DNA of 64,000 nt from Octopus sinensis (GCF_006345805.1 NC_043001.1:74772001-74836000), one strand, 5' to 3'; shown: positions 39,166 through 57,290, counted from the first letter of the stretch. Notes: generated from the letters alone by a model not told the origin. Translations and numbers: made by a program.

Positions 39166-39739
39166 TGTGAAGGCGCGTTGCTTGGTGGTTAAAGTATCCG
39201 GCTCACGATCTTATGATCGTCAGTTCGATTCCCGGCAGTGCGTTGGGTCCTTGAGCAAGGCACGTTATTTCGCGTTGTCCCAGTCACTCATAAATAAATA
39301 AATGCGCCCTTTTAAAGCCTAGCTCATGGGCCCAGTTTCCCAGTTTCTATGGCTATGTGTTCCCCAGCTGGTCCATCGCAGCGTTACTCATTTTTGCCAG
39401 CTGAGTGGACTAGAGCATCGTGAAATGAAGTGTTTTGCTCAAGAACACAACGCGTCGCCCGGTCCAGGAATCGAAACCACAATCTTACGATCATGATGTT
39501 GACACCCAAACCACTAAGCAATGCGCCTCCACCCCAGTCCACTCAGCTAGCAAAAATGAGTAGTGTCTATAGTTCAATGTGTCATCTATGTCCCATTCTG
39601 TGTCACGTTGAATCTTCCTGAGAACTACATTAAGGGTACCTGTGTCTGTGGAGTGCTCAACCACTTGCACGTTAATTTCACGAGCAGGCCATTCCGTTGA
39701 CCGGATCAACTGAAACACTTGTCGTAACCGACGGAGTGC
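39166..39739. mobile_element. Minus-strand SINE B (tail 3, 39301-39531) nested in plus-strand SINE B (tail 2)
   Basis: Host head 39166-39290 resumes at 39533; CCCAGTC(C)ACTCA repeated at both junctions. Confidence 0.75.
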
Positions 39740-39949
39740 TAGTTTTTGTAGTTAGTGAACGTAGCACAAGTGTATGGAATGAACTTAATCGAAGCAAAAA
39801 GGTTATTGATGCATCTATGTGCGTTTAGACTTTGTCGGGACTGACATAGCCGTGGGGATCTAAAAGAACCATCATCATTTGTAAAGTGGAGGTGAGGTAA
39901 AACACAGACACACGCACACACACACACACACGTACATACACACATTCTT

Positions 39950-40976
39950 TCATTCTTTTACTTGTTTCAGTCATCTGACTGCGGCCATACTGGAGCACTA
40001 CCTTAAAGGGTGTTAGTCGAAGAAATCGCCCCCAGGACTTATTCTTTGTAAGCCTAGGTACTTATTCTCTATTCTCTATTGCCGAACCGCTAAGTTACGG
40101 GACATAAACACACCAGCATCAGTTGTCAAGCGATGGCGGTGGACAGACACACACACACACAAATATATATATACTAGCAGCATAGCCCGGCGTTGCCCGG
40201 GTATGTAAGATCCCCTAGTAGGCAACGACTAATCCCAATCTAGTCCTTTCCCTCTAGGGAACGAAGGTGCATGTGTAGGTTGCAATGTCTTCTCTTCACT
40301 CCCAAATAACTATCAAACAACTATCGATAATTCAACCCAACCAATTCCTACCAGGAAGAAATTACATTCGAGACTTTACCCCCAACTGTCTGAGTGACCA
40401 TTAGCCACTTCTGCGAATAGCTGCTGCAGCCGCAAGTTATTCGAATACTTTTTTGTTTACACTTTCTTTATAACTACCACCCCAAACGTTTTACCTTAAA
40501 TTTTTGACGTACCCTAAGGGTCCTCGGACGCTACTTGCAAACTCTTGGTTTATTATAAACCGCTTTTGTCGTGTGCACCAAAAAAACCTTTTCCATGCGT
40601 TTGTTCAGTTTGGTCACTTTTGACTTTTTCGTTGTTGTCACTCACATTGCTGCCCACTTTTTTGCCGTTTTTGTACATTTTTATACATTTTGGGATACTT
40701 ACCCCACGTGTTCCGAGAGTTAAAAAGGTCGAGTTGCGTCCCCAGACAGTCTGTAGAAAATGTGTTGCATATAAAAAGCTTAGATTCTCGACCCATGTCG
40801 AATTTATCGATTTTTTTTCAGAACTGGGGGAACTTTTCAAAATTTTCGCTGCGTTAGTTTTGAATTATGACATTGGGCTATGTGTGTGTCAAGTTTCATC
40901 AGAATCGGTTGAAAGCCGTGGTCAGGGTGAGGGTACAACCTGACAGACACACAGACACACAGACAGACAAACTGCC

Positions 40977-41050
<74 letters not shown>

Positions 41051-41210
41051 CACGACAGGTTTCTTCCAGTTTACATCTACCAAATCAACTCACAAGGCTT
41101 TGGTCGGCCCGAGGCTATAGTAGAAGACACGCAAGGTACCACACAGAGGGTCTGAATCCGGAACCATTTGGTTGGGAGTAAGCTTCTTACCACACACCTA
41201 CGTCTGTCCC
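39950..41210 (-). mobile_element. SINE family C split by a Helitron in its internal TA spacer
   Basis: Tail 39950-40170 and head 41047-41210 flank the Helitron. Confidence 0.75.
40174..41046 (-). mobile_element. Non-autonomous Helitron
   Basis: 3' end hairpin CCCGGGCAACGCCGGG followed by CTAG then T; 5' end TATATAAACGGCAGTTTGTCTG buried in (TA)n. Confidence 0.82.
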
Positions 41211-41350
41211 TGAAGCTTCTTTCAGTTTCTGTCTACCAGATTCATTCACAAGGTTTTGGTTGGGCTGGATATATTGTAGAAACACTTGCCCAAGGTGCCA
41301 TGCATTGGTGATAAAGTCAGAATAATGTAGGTGGGAGGCAAACTTAGGAT

Positions 41351-42388
41351 CTTTTCTTTTCATGGGCAGCTCGATTAATTAATTTTCTTTAACTAAACAC
41401 TTTCAAACTTCGGACACTAGTAGAATGTGTCATATAAAACATCTTTAACTTTTAACGTTGTTGAGAAAAGTTTCTATTTTCGAATTTATTTCGTGTTAAA
41501 GTTCTCGTATTTCGGTAATTTCAACCAATCAATGACGTGTATTCAGCTGAATAAAATTACTGCCGTTGTTTGTCAACAACAACTATCGGCGGTGTATATT
41601 TCGTTTGCCACTGTTATTTATGACATCATTCGTGCGTTTGTATTGGTTTTAGCTTTAGGGTTTTAAGGTTGAGGTTAGGGTTTAAGGGTTAGGGTTTTAG
41701 GGTTAGGGTTAGGGTCGGGGTTACTGTTTTAGGGTTAGGGTAAGGGTTTTAGGGTTAGGGTTGGAGTTTTAGGGTTATGGTTAGGGTTTTAGGGTTAGAG
41801 TTAGGGGTTTAAGGTTAGGGTTATGGTTAAGGTTGGGGTTTTAGGGTTAGGGTTACGGAAAAATAGAAAAATGAAGAAATTGGAACGGGGAGGAGGAGGG
41901 TTGCCAAAAATGTTCAAAATACCGATTTTTGGCAATTTTCCGGAATCTCCGTATGCAAAAAGCTGGGTTTTTGGCAAAAAAAATAATGATACATTTTAAA
42001 AAAACAATAATTTACGAGAAAATAGGTGCGGGTGACAGGAGGAAGTCTTTCCGAAAATAGTGGCTGAAAAACAGGAAAAAAAAACCTAAAAGCAGTAGAA
42101 ATGCACGAACGATTATGGTAGTGTCATGAAGTAAACATGCTTCAGATACACTCGTTTAGTCATACGAACGTAACTGAGTTGAAATATGTCATAAATAACA
42201 GTGACAAACGAAATATACACCGCCGAAATACGACAACTTTAACACGAAATAACTTCGTAAATAGAAACTTTTCTCAACAACGCTAAGAGTAAAAGATGTT
42301 CTATATGACACATTCTACCAGTATACGAAGTTTCAAAGTGTTTAGTTACAGAAAATTCATTAATCGTGTTGCCCATGAAAAGGAAAAG
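41351..42388. mobile_element. Long-TIR foldback element with internal degenerate (TTAGGG)n array
   Basis: 41351-41515 and 41587-41630 match the reverse complement of 42185-42388; telomere-like array about 41654-41855. Confidence 0.8.
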
Positions 42389-42507
42389 TTCCCAAACTTG
42401 TAACCACAAAGCTACGTCTGCGTCTACGTATGTATGTATGTATATATATGTGTGTGTGTGTGTGTGTGTATCTGTGCGTGCGTGTGTGTGTGTGCGTGCG
42501 TGTGTGT

Positions 42508-42548
<41 letters not shown>

Positions 42549-42584
42549 TTACATATATATGTAAACACATACAGAAAGATAGAT

Positions 42585-42636
42585 AGTTAGTTAGATAGAT
42601 AGTTAGTTAGATAAACAGACAGACAGACAGACAGAC

Positions 42637-42727
<91 letters not shown>

Positions 42728-42730
42728 CAT
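42585..42730. repeat. (GATA)n/(GACA)n microsatellite
   Basis: Direct reading. Confidence 0.95.
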
Positions 42731-44459
42731 AGATATTTCATTGCGCGCGTGTGATTCAGCAAGGAAATTGTTGGTTCGACGAAAAAAATTGGTGTGAGGA
42801 ACAAAAATATCTCATTGTGGTTTGTATTCCACCCGAGTTGATCTGACTCTCTTGTCACGCTTGCAGTTAGAAATGCGATGATCGCAATGATTAGACTATT
42901 GTGAACTTTGAACAAATGACGCTGTCGTTAATAAATTCATGACATAAAATGAAGATAAAGATAATTCCCTGGTTTGTATATTCAATCAAATAAATTGTTT
43001 TGTAGAGACATTTGCTTTGTGTTTTGTTAAAATGGATCAATATTAAGTATTTATGTCAAGGCAGTGCAAACAAATGCGGGAAAACAAAAAAATAACAAAA
43101 AGCAACAAAAAGTCCGAGACTTACCCAATGTTTTCAAGCGTCTCTAGGGCGATAAGTCACTAGGGTGATATGTCACTAAGTGATAAGTAAAAGTCATTTA
43201 CGAGCCGATTCGTTCACTGAGGTCATGGTGTTAGTTTCATATAAATGTTTTTAATCCCTAATTCATCAGCTTATGGATCATTCTCTTTTCTTGTGAGACA
43301 AACTCTTTTAGGAGGGAGGTCATTCAGATTTGTTAATTTTAAATGAATAATCTTTCATCCTAGATAGCGTCCTTCCTGTTTGCCCCAAGGTTTTTCTTCC
43401 TTGTTTTCTATATGTAATATAGATATAAGATATTAATATATATGTCTGGTGTTTTCATTCGACTTTTGCACGTGACATAAACCTAGTAAAATTCCGAACG
43501 ATGAACCTGAAGAAACATTAGAGAGTCAGATGAAATGTTTCGCGCAAATTGTTCAGATCCCACTGCTGTCACGTTCGCCTTTCATACTTCCGGGGTCGAA
43601 AAGCTAGAGTAGCAGTCAATTTGCTCTTTCGAACCCTAGGATGCCTAAGTTCGATTATCCAGTTTGAACGGCATATAAGTGATCGAAATCACAGTCTTAG
43701 ATTTTAAAAGTTTTAATCGAGCAGGAAGGCAGTACTTATGACCCTTTTCAGAGCCTCAGAGACTAGTGGGACAGGGAATATGAAGAATCCTCAAACCAGA
43801 GTCCTAGTTTGAAAATACTTTGAGCTGACTTCCCCAAAGGTATTCAACGTGCCGGATAGTGGTATTAAACCAGGTGATGGGTTAGGTCTACCACGCAAGT
43901 AGGTCTTGAACCCAGAATGCAAAGATCCGGAGCAAATAAAGGTGGGCACCTGGTCCTAGAACACATAAATTAGGCAATTCTTTGTAGATACTTTAATCGA
44001 CAACATTAAGGGACAAAGGACTGCTATTCGAAAATGGAAGAGTGTTTAACCGTATCTCAAATTTCAGTAATCTTTTCAGTTCTGCTGAGAATAGATTCAG
44101 TTACTTAAAAATACCTGCAAAATTTACACTAAAATTTTCAGTGGTTTTTTTAGAAATTTTTGTTTACAACATCCTCTTGGTTAATCAAATAATTTATATT
44201 TTCCATCAAAGTGTAACAGCGTCATCTAGAACTCATAACACCGATTACCCAGTTTCCATAGCGAATAAGTGACCTAGATGGCGACAATCCCCTTCAACGG
44301 GACACCTGCCCCTTACAATCTCTTTCGAACAGGCAAGTATAATTTAAAAGAATTCTCCCCTAAATAGTATTGCATTCAGAGCCTTAAAAGCCTTCTTTGT
44401 CATAGGAGATACATTAATTTCTTTGTTTGTATTTACTTCACAGATCAGCATCCACTATT

Positions 44460-44760
44460 GGAGCAAGGAGTCCAGATATAACCGCATAGTAGAAAAAAAG
44501 AAACATTGTACCATGTGATAAAAGAGTGGGTATCAAAGAAATTGAGGACATTAAAGAATATTGGGGCCTAGCTGGAGAGACGAAGAGATTGTGGAAAGAC
44601 AAAGGTGACAATTGTTCCTGTACTAATTAGTGCACTCAGCACAACATACTAACTGCTACCTAAGAGGTTGAAGTATAATGGAACTAAGACTCACATTGCC
44701 GAGTAGCAGAAAAATTCCACCCTGTATTCTGCAAGAATCTTAAAAATGATTCTTGAGATT
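44460..44760 (+). pseudogene. Restriction-like endonuclease remnant of R4-like LINE
   Basis: PDI..VPCDKRVGIKEIE..KRLWK..VTIVPVLISAL..LYSARILK. Confidence 0.7.
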
Positions 44761-44905
44761 TCACGAGACTTGTTACCTCCAGATCTCAAGCTATATCTGA
44801 AGGAATTTTTATATTCCGAAATATTATATCAGACTATTAATAATTAAATTATAAACAGTTATTATAGTCCACTCTCAATTGTTGTGTCATTCAAGCACGT
44901 TATAG

Positions 44906-44964
<59 letters not shown>

Positions 44965-44971
<7 letters not shown>

Positions 44972-45258
44972 TATCATGTGACCGACCAGGCTATCAGATG
45001 TTGCTACACATCGCTGGTCACAATGCGCTTCGCATTGTTTTAGCCTTCAAATGACGCCACACCGCTGGCTAAGCGAGCAGGCCAACAGAAGAAAGAGTGA
45101 GAGAAATTTGTGGCGAAAGAGTACAGCAAGGATCGCCACCACCCCATGCCGTAGCCTCGTGGTGCTTTTAGGTGTTTACGCTCAATAAACACTCACAACG
45201 AAACTACGATCCTACGACCGCGAGTCCGCTGCCTAAACCACTGGACCATTGCCTCCAC
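44965..45258 (-). mobile_element. tRNA SINE, head D with tail type 1
   Basis: Matches 4270-4556. Confidence 0.85.
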
Positions 45259-45259
45259 T

Positions 45260-45302
<43 letters not shown>

Positions 45303-45308
<6 letters not shown>

Positions 45309-45595
45309 GTTGTGAGTTCGAATCCCGGACCGGGCTGCGTGTTGTGTTCTTGAGCAAGACACTTTATTTTACGCTGCTCCAGTTCACTCAGCTGTAGAAA
45401 TGAGTTGCGACGTCACAGCTGCCAAGCTGTATCGGCCTTTGCCTTTCCCTTGGATAACACTAGTGGCGTGGAGAGCGGAGGCCGGTATGCATGGGCGACT
45501 GCTGGTTTTTCATAAACAAACTTGCTCAGACTTGTGCCTGGGAGGGTAACTTTCTAGGTGCAATCCCATGGTCACTCATGACCGAAGGAGGTCTC
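45303..45595 (+). mobile_element. 5'-truncated SINE, head B with tail type 4
   Basis: GTTCGAATCCC B-box, CORE block, GCCAAGCTGTATCGGCC tail. Confidence 0.8.
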
Positions 45596-46103
45596 ATCAT
45601 ATATATATATATATATATATATGTATGTGGAGGCGCAATATATATTATGGAGTCTGCTTAATTATCTGCAACAGTGATTCTAATCCGGGGTCCAGTTGGC
45701 CCCTGAGGATACACATAATATTTTGGGAGGTTCCACATAGCAAAATAGTAAACTGAGAATCCACAATAGTATTTTAAGGGCCCCTGAAAATATATTTTCT
45801 TTAGATGTATGTATTGGTATGTTTTGCAAGAAACAGCTAGGCTGCGAGGTTTGCGTGTTGTGTTCTTGAGCAAGACACTTTATTTTACGGTGCTCCAGTT
45901 CACTCAGCTGTAGAAATGAGTTTCTTTCTCTAATATTTTACGTAGTTCATCCAATACATGTTAACGCGTGAGAAACACAATGGAAATGTTGGAAGAAGTT
46001 CCTATAAAGTGAAGCACTTTACAGTACCAGTTTCTTCCAATCTTGTTTTCCTCTTCAATATGACCTCCAGTTTTTTAAGTCTAATGTACATCGTCATCGT
46101 GAC

Positions 46104-46418
46104 GTGAAGGTGCGTGGCTTAGTGGTTAGGGCACTCAGCTCACGATTGTAAGGTCGTGAGTTCGATTCCCGGCGACGCGTTGTGTCCTTGAGCTTCAGTC
46201 CACTCAGCTGGCAAAAATGAGTTGTATCTGTATTTCGAAGGGCCGGCCTTATTACACTTTGTGTCTCGCTGAATCTCCCTGAGAACTACGCTAGGGGTAT
46301 TCGTGTCTGTGGATTGCTTAGTCACTTGCACGTTAATTTCATGAGCAGGCTGTTCCGTTGATCGTATCAGCTGGGACCCTCGTCGTCGTAACCGACGGAG
46401 TGCTCCTAAAAAAAAAAA
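46104..46418 (+). mobile_element. SINE, head B with tail type 2 and A tail
   Basis: GGCTTAGTGG..GTTCGATTCCC; tail ends GTAACCGACGGAGTGC then A-run; near-TSD CATCGTGAC/CATCGTCAC. Confidence 0.85.
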
Positions 46419-47127
46419 ACATCGTCACCTATTGATTTCTGTCGTGCATCCATTTTATTATAGTAGTTCTTACATTTCAGTGGTCTAAAGGATCTTGTAA
46501 CGAGCGAATGCTTTAAAAAATAGTGTGTGTGTTTCTCTCTTTGTATCTGTGATTGTCCCACCCCCCACTACCACTGAATAACAGGTGTTGGTTTGCTTAC
46601 GTCCTCTTGACTTAGTCTGTTCGGTAAAAAAAAGGAACCGATAGAATAAGCACCAGGGCTTAAAAAGAAAGTGCTGAGGTCGATTCATTCGACTAAAAGT
46701 TCTTCAAGGCAATATATGTATAGAAAGAGAAAGAGGGGAGGGAGAGAGCGAGAAGGAGAGAGAGGGAGATAGGAGAAAAGAGAGAGGGCTAGCAAGAGCT
46801 AATGAGAGTCACTTGATCAAGTAGAAACAGTGGCTTAATCTTTCTGAAATTTCATCTTACTGACATAAAAAACAAAAGAAATATTAGATAACGGAGTCCT
46901 ACATAACCTATAAAAAGGGCAAGGTCATTGCTGAATATCTTTCCTTAAAGGCTTACTTAATCAAGAATAACAAGGAATTAAACACTTGCAGCTACAGACA
47001 ATAACAAACATATATCTTTACAGAGTTACATACGGCTATCGTTCTATATTTTACTTCTCTTTCACACATATGAATATTCACATACTCTCTCTTTCTCTCT
47101 CTCTCTCGCTATCGCTCTCCACAGCCC

Positions 47128-47164
<37 letters not shown>

Positions 47165-47614
47165 TACACACGCGTACTATATTTTCCTTCTCTCTCACAC
47201 ACATGAATATTCACGGGATCGTCTATTCTGCGGCATTAAATCCGAACATCAAATTGTTTTCATGTGCTTCAAAACCTGTCTTTGGCATCTATACTCTCTC
47301 TCTCTCTCTCTCTCCCTCTCTCTCTCTCTCTCACACACACACATGCATGCATTACTGACTTTTCTGATGACTAATACTATACACTCAGTTTGTAATACAT
47401 TTTTCTATTTCTACGAGTTAATCAGAGGTAATTGAACGTTTTAATTGCTAATTCTTAATTACTGGGACATTTGCTTTCGCTGATCATTTGACACATATAC
47501 TAACACATACATACAGACGAAAATAGACACATGTATGTATGTGTGTGTTAATTTAAAATATATATATAGAGAGAAGTTATGACAATGTTTGCTATGATGT
47601 TCATTTATAATGGT

Positions 47615-47823
47615 TTGGAAGTTTGGCACAAGACCAACAAGTTCGGGGGTGGGTGTAGGTCCATTACATCGACCCCAGTGCTCAACTAGTACTTATTTTA
47701 TCGACCCCAAAGGATGGAAGGCAAAAACGACTTTGGCGGAATTTGAAATCAGAACGTAAAGACGAAGGAAATGGTGCTAAACATTTTGTCCCTCGTGCTA
47801 ACGATTCTGCCAGCTCGCCGCCT
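47615..47823 (-). mobile_element. SINE family A with complete head
   Basis: Ends TGCTAACGATTCTGCCAGCTCGCC (reverse of A-box head). Confidence 0.82.
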
Positions 47824-48077
47824 CGGACGTCCAGTTATAATAAACATTATTTTACAAATCTGATAGGTTCCACTATAATTTTGTAGAGTACAAATTTATT
47901 ATTCTTCAACAAGAATATTATTGACAGTGACATCGAAGATTCGGCCACTTATGCATTGAAGTTAATCTTGGCTTTATATTGTCTCTTTTGAGTTCTAATC
48001 TTCTTTGGGTATGTGGATTTGAGTGGAGTGGTCATTAGGTTGTATGGAGAGATGTTTTAGAGAAATGGGTTTTTTTT

Positions 48078-48906
48078 ATCTTTTCCTTTTGAACGGCACA
48101 TGTCAACACAATTTCTAGTTAACTAAACACTTTTAAACTTCGTATACTGGTAGAATGTGTTTATAAAATATTTTTTCTTGGCTTTATTGAGAAAATCCTA
48201 TATGTTGTAACATATTTCCACTTTAATTTCAAGCATTTCGTCAATTTTAACCAATCACTGACCTTCATTTCGGCTGAAAACATTCCTTGCTGTATGAATA
48301 TGTCCCTCGTTTAAGAAACAGATTGGGTTTATTTACATTTGCGAAGAAAAAATATATCCTTTCCCCTCCCCTAACCCTAACCCTAACCCTAACCCTAACT
48401 CTAACCCTAAATCTCAAATAGTTTGAAATGCAATAGATCGATACTAGGGTTATAATTATGGGCGACATTTTCATTTGACACCGCTAGAAAAAATCTCATT
48501 TTCCGTAGCGGTGTCGTATGAAATTGCCACCCATAATTATAACCCTAGTATCGATCTATTGCATTTCAATCTATTTTAGAGTTAGGGTTAGAGTTAGGGT
48601 TAGGGTTAGGGGTGGGGAAAGGATATCTTTTTTTCTTCGCAAATGTAAATAAACCCAATCTGTTTCTTAAACGAGGGACATATTCATACAGCAAGGAATG
48701 TTTTCAGCCGAAATGGAGGTCAGTGATTGGTTAAAATTGACGAAATGCTTGAAATTAAAGTGGAAATATGTTACAACATATAGAATTTTCTCAATAAAGC
48801 CAAGAAAAATGATGTTTTATAAAACACATTCTACCAGTATACGAAGTTTAAAAGTGTTTAGTAAACTAGAAATTGTGTTGACATGTGCCGTTCTAAAGGA
48901 AAAGAT
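48078..48906. mobile_element. Near-perfect 830-bp palindromic foldback element with outward-oriented telomeric repeats
   Basis: Arms about 410 bp; 7 CCCTAA-type units at 48369-48410 and 6 TTAGGG-type units at 48576-48611; ends ATCTTTTCC / GGAAAAGAT. Confidence 0.9.
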
Positions 48907-49151
48907 CCTGTTTTTAAAATCAAAATTGACAATATAAAGCTCAAAAGTTCAAGGTTTAGTGCATAACATAAGGCTATGATAGAAGACGCATGTCCAAGGT
49001 GCCATGCAGTGGGACTGAACCCAAAACCATACAGTTGGGAAGTAAGCTTCTTACTACACAGCCAATACCTGTAAATGCCTGTAAATATTTGTGTGTGTGG
49101 GAGTGTGTATGTGCATGGGAATGTATGTGTGTGCTTATATATGTGTGTGTG

Positions 49152-49187
<36 letters not shown>

Positions 49188-49188
<1 letters not shown>

Positions 49189-49530
49189 GTCCAAGTCTCA
49201 CTTCCATACAGTAGAGTGCTAAGTACACATGCCTGGTAAATCTTCATTTTTGTGATCTTGGTCAGCTTAATGTTGTCCCATGCCCGTTTTGAGAGTAGGC
49301 CATCACAGCAGCTACTGCGTATATTGAGCTCAGCATCAAAAGATAGGCTGTAGATGACGGTAGAGCCAAGATAGGTAAACGTCTCCACCTCCTGTAGTCT
49401 GTGGTCTCCAATATGTATGTTTGGGATGTCCGATATAGCCTGACCCATGATGTTGGTCTTCTTGAGGCTGATAACTAAGCCAAAATCGCTACATGCTTGC
49501 TCAAAACAGTTGATGAGCCTTTGTCAATTC
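49188..49530 (-). pseudogene. RTE-BovB RT C-terminal fragment
   Basis: FGLVISLKKT, VETFTYLGS, IYQACVLSTLLYGSETW. Confidence 0.85.
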
Positions 49531-49599
49531 AAGGTACGCTTTCAGTTTCATCCCATTGGGGGAACAGAATGCGTACCAACCCGTCTGGATTACAGTATG

Positions 49600-49765
49600 G
49601 CCGAAAATGGGCATTTGATGAGAGAACACAATACCTTAATTCATACACTACAACTGATCACGATATCAGGGACGATAAAAATCTGTATGACCTTCATAAG
49701 ATTTAAAGAATGATGGACAAACCAAGATGCTGGTCAAATTAAAAAGTGAAACAAACAAGTATACA
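49600..49765 (+). mobile_element. Extreme 3' end of R4-like LINE
   Basis: LQLITISGTIKICMTF parallels SITGTIKICKTF at 23860; ATAC tail. Confidence 0.55.
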
Positions 49766-50291
49766 TGCATACATACACACATCGATGAATCCATCCATCC
49801 ATCTATCCTGTATCTAATTAATAAAAAAAAATGGAGAGTTGAAAGTTAATAATTATTTATTAATAAATTGGTAACTCTTACTTCCTACAGCTGTTTCCAT
49901 TTGTGCTCATTAGATAATTAGAAATTTATGCACTAAATTTACATTTACAAGTTATGAGCAAAATATCATCAGGGGAAAATTATATACATTAAAAGATTAC
50001 ATGTTAACCTCTCTATGCAGCATAAAGAATATTCCCGGACAACTGACGAAGGGGAATATTCCTTATGTTGCATGTCTCGTTTCTCTGGGTTTTTTTCGTT
50101 GTTCGAAAAAAGTTCGTTTTCTATGATTTTGTTTTTATGTTTTCGTTTCTCATTGTATTCAACGTTTTTTTTTATGTCCTGTACCCATATATACATGTAT
50201 ATATACATGTAGGTATGTACATATATCTATGTATATATGCATATATTTATATACTATTTATATTATATATATATATTTATACACACACACA

Positions 50292-54477
<4,186 letters not shown>

Positions 54478-54810
54478 CAGGCACAGCTGTGCGATAAAAA
54501 GCTTACTTCCTAACCACATGCATTCGTATTCAGTCCTACTGCGTGGCGCCTTGGGCAAGTGTCTTCTAACATAGCCTCGAGTCGACCAAATCCTTGTGAG
54601 TAGATTTGGTAGATGGAAGCTGAAAGCCCGTCGTATATCTGTATGTGTGTATGTGTGTCCACTACCGCTTGACAACCGGTGTTGGTGTGTTTACGTCCTC
54701 GTAATTTTAGCAATTCGGCGAGAGAGGTTGGTAGCATAAATACCAGGTTTAATAAGGGAATAAGACGGTACCCCAGCATGGCCACAGTTTGATGACTGAA
54801 ACAAGTAAAA
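54478..54810 (+). mobile_element. SINE family C full copy
   Basis: Head GGCACAGCTGTG..CTTGGGCAAGTGTCTTC, TG spacer, tail to GACTGAAACAAGTAAAA. Confidence 0.78.
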
Positions 54811-55098
54811 TGTATTCTGTATTCTGAATTCTATTTTTAAGTGATTTACTTCGAGAGTTGCATTCGGTACGATGTGTTTATTTATTTTAGTAGTTTTGAC
54901 TAGCGTGTGGCATCTATGTGTAATAATACCCTCTATATAATATAAATAAATACATTTAAGTGAAAAAATTGGTGGATTTTTCTCTTATGAGGTTTTTCAC
55001 GCTGACTACTTAATAAATTCTTATGAAGATTTTATCCTATTTTTAAATTGTATATATAAACACACACATACACACACACACACAGATATATATATATG

Positions 55099-55171
<73 letters not shown>

Positions 55172-56044
55172 ATCAGTTCGCAGCATTGCTAAATGACCAA
55201 GAAGCCTGCAGCGCAACTGCGAGTCTTGGGTTCGGCTTCATTGCATGGCAGCCTGTGCAAATGTAATATTCAATATTCTTGAGCTGACCCATATCTCTTG
55301 AGTGAAAACTGTACAGAAAACTGTACAGAAACACGCCGGATGGAGTGCAGCAGTAATTCAGTGGTGCAGCTTTGTCACATACTGTATCATGCTGACTCGG
55401 CCTTAGAATTACCATTATGGATTATAAACAAATACCAAAGAATTGAAAGTTGTCTGCAGCAAATGATATTTTGAGCAATTACAAATATAATATAAACAAA
55501 TTATACACCCACAAAGCGATATTTCGGTGAATATGGCCTTGTCAAAGTTCATATAAATTACAATACCTTTAGGAACTTTTCCGAATCTTATTAGATACGC
55601 ATTTGCTGGATTATAGACAGTGAAAGAAGGGTGAGGTAGAAAAATTACGAATATGGAGCTACGAAACAACATCGTGCAAAATAGATGAGATTTGAACGTG
55701 ACTTCATCCATTGACCGGCAGTTTCGAACTGACCGGCAGTTTCGACAGTCAGTACGATGAGCAATTGGCTGTTTAGAAGAGTTTGTGTACGAAAGTGAAA
55801 CGGCAACGGTGCGAAACGCAAATTAATTATTTACGACATGGACGTTGAAGCATAAATTAACATGAATTTTACTAAAGCCGAATTCGTCGAAATATCGTTT
55901 TTCAGGATAAATAATAATCTACAATAAATTGTTTAATTTAAAAGTATTTCATTCCAGACAGCTTCCTACTGATTAATATTTATGTGAATGGGTGTGTCTG
56001 AGTGAGTGCATATACATACATACATACATACATACATACATACA

Positions 56045-56114
<70 letters not shown>

Positions 56115-56120
<6 letters not shown>

Positions 56121-57290
56121 GATATGACAAAAGTAAATAGACACCCGCATAATCATTAAAATTTATCGAAATCTTAAATTATACGTTCTAATGTGAATAT
56201 CTAATATTCAGTAGACATGCTTTTTTTGCTTTTTCCAATGCAAAGGATCCTATAAGGCATGCTACTGATGAGATAACAAATATTCTCTTGAGGAATTTCT
56301 TGCCAAGTTTCATGCAGTAACCTCAAAATATCTGGCTTTGAGGAAGCTTTCTTGTTCTTTTTACGCAGTGTCCTATCCATTATTCCCCAGAAGTATTCAA
56401 CAGGGTTCATATCTGGTGACTAGCTTGGCCTTGAAAGTTTTTTAATGCCATTCTTTTCCAATTAATCTTGAGTCTTTTTAGCCGTGTGTCAAGAAGCCTC
56501 ATCTTCCATAGATAAAGAGTCTTCTTTAATCATTTCACCATTGGAGAAGATTGGAAGGAGTCCTTTCTGCAATAAGGACACATATTTATCTGAATTTATG
56601 TTTCCATCACACTCCACCAACTCTGATTGACCATTACTCCAAATTGCTCCCCAGACCATCACAGAATAGCTGCCTTGTTTCAATGTTGGCAACAATCTTT
56701 TCAAGTCAAATTCTTGATTACAGAGTCTCCAGACCAATATTTGACCACTGACAGAAAATACAGCAAATCTGGACTCATTAGAGAATATGATAGTGTCCCA
56801 AAATGCTAGCGACTACTCCATCACCTCACTCACCTTAATGTTTCCTCCACTTGATATTGGCTGGTTGAAGTGGCTTCCTTCTTGCTGCTCTGTCATAGTA
56901 GCCAAGTTTGTGGAGATACCTGACAGCTGTTCTGAGACTGACATCAGCTTGTTCTGCTATGTTAGAGGCCTTGCAATGAGGATTATCCTCCACAAAGCAA
57001 AGGGTCCTGTCCGAAGGCCCTGGTCAACCTGGGAAAGGTGATGTAAACTCCTTCCTCTCTCTGGTGGATTGCACAATTACCCTATTAACTGTAGAAAGCG
57101 GGTTCCCAAGATTTTCTGCAATTTTACGCTAAGTCCACTTTCAGACTGAGCCACAATACGCATCTTTGAAATCTGAATAGGTCCAAGGCTTCTTTTGTAC
57201 GTGACATGATTAAACAGTCACGTATAGAACTTGAAACATAAAAATGTCCCTGATTAAAAAATATAAACCTTTCCAAGTTAAAATAAGAAT
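56115..57290 (-). mobile_element. Tc1-like (DD34E) element, disrupted transposase 56201-57207
   Basis: FSDESRF, SVMVWGAI, MEDEAS, DMNPVEYFW, LISSMP..STEY; TIR-like CAGATATGACAAAAGTAAATAGACACC at the left end. Confidence 0.88.

Noticed and set aside
41654-41855. Chromosome end or telomere fusion
   Set aside because: Array is degenerate, short and enclosed by long TIRs
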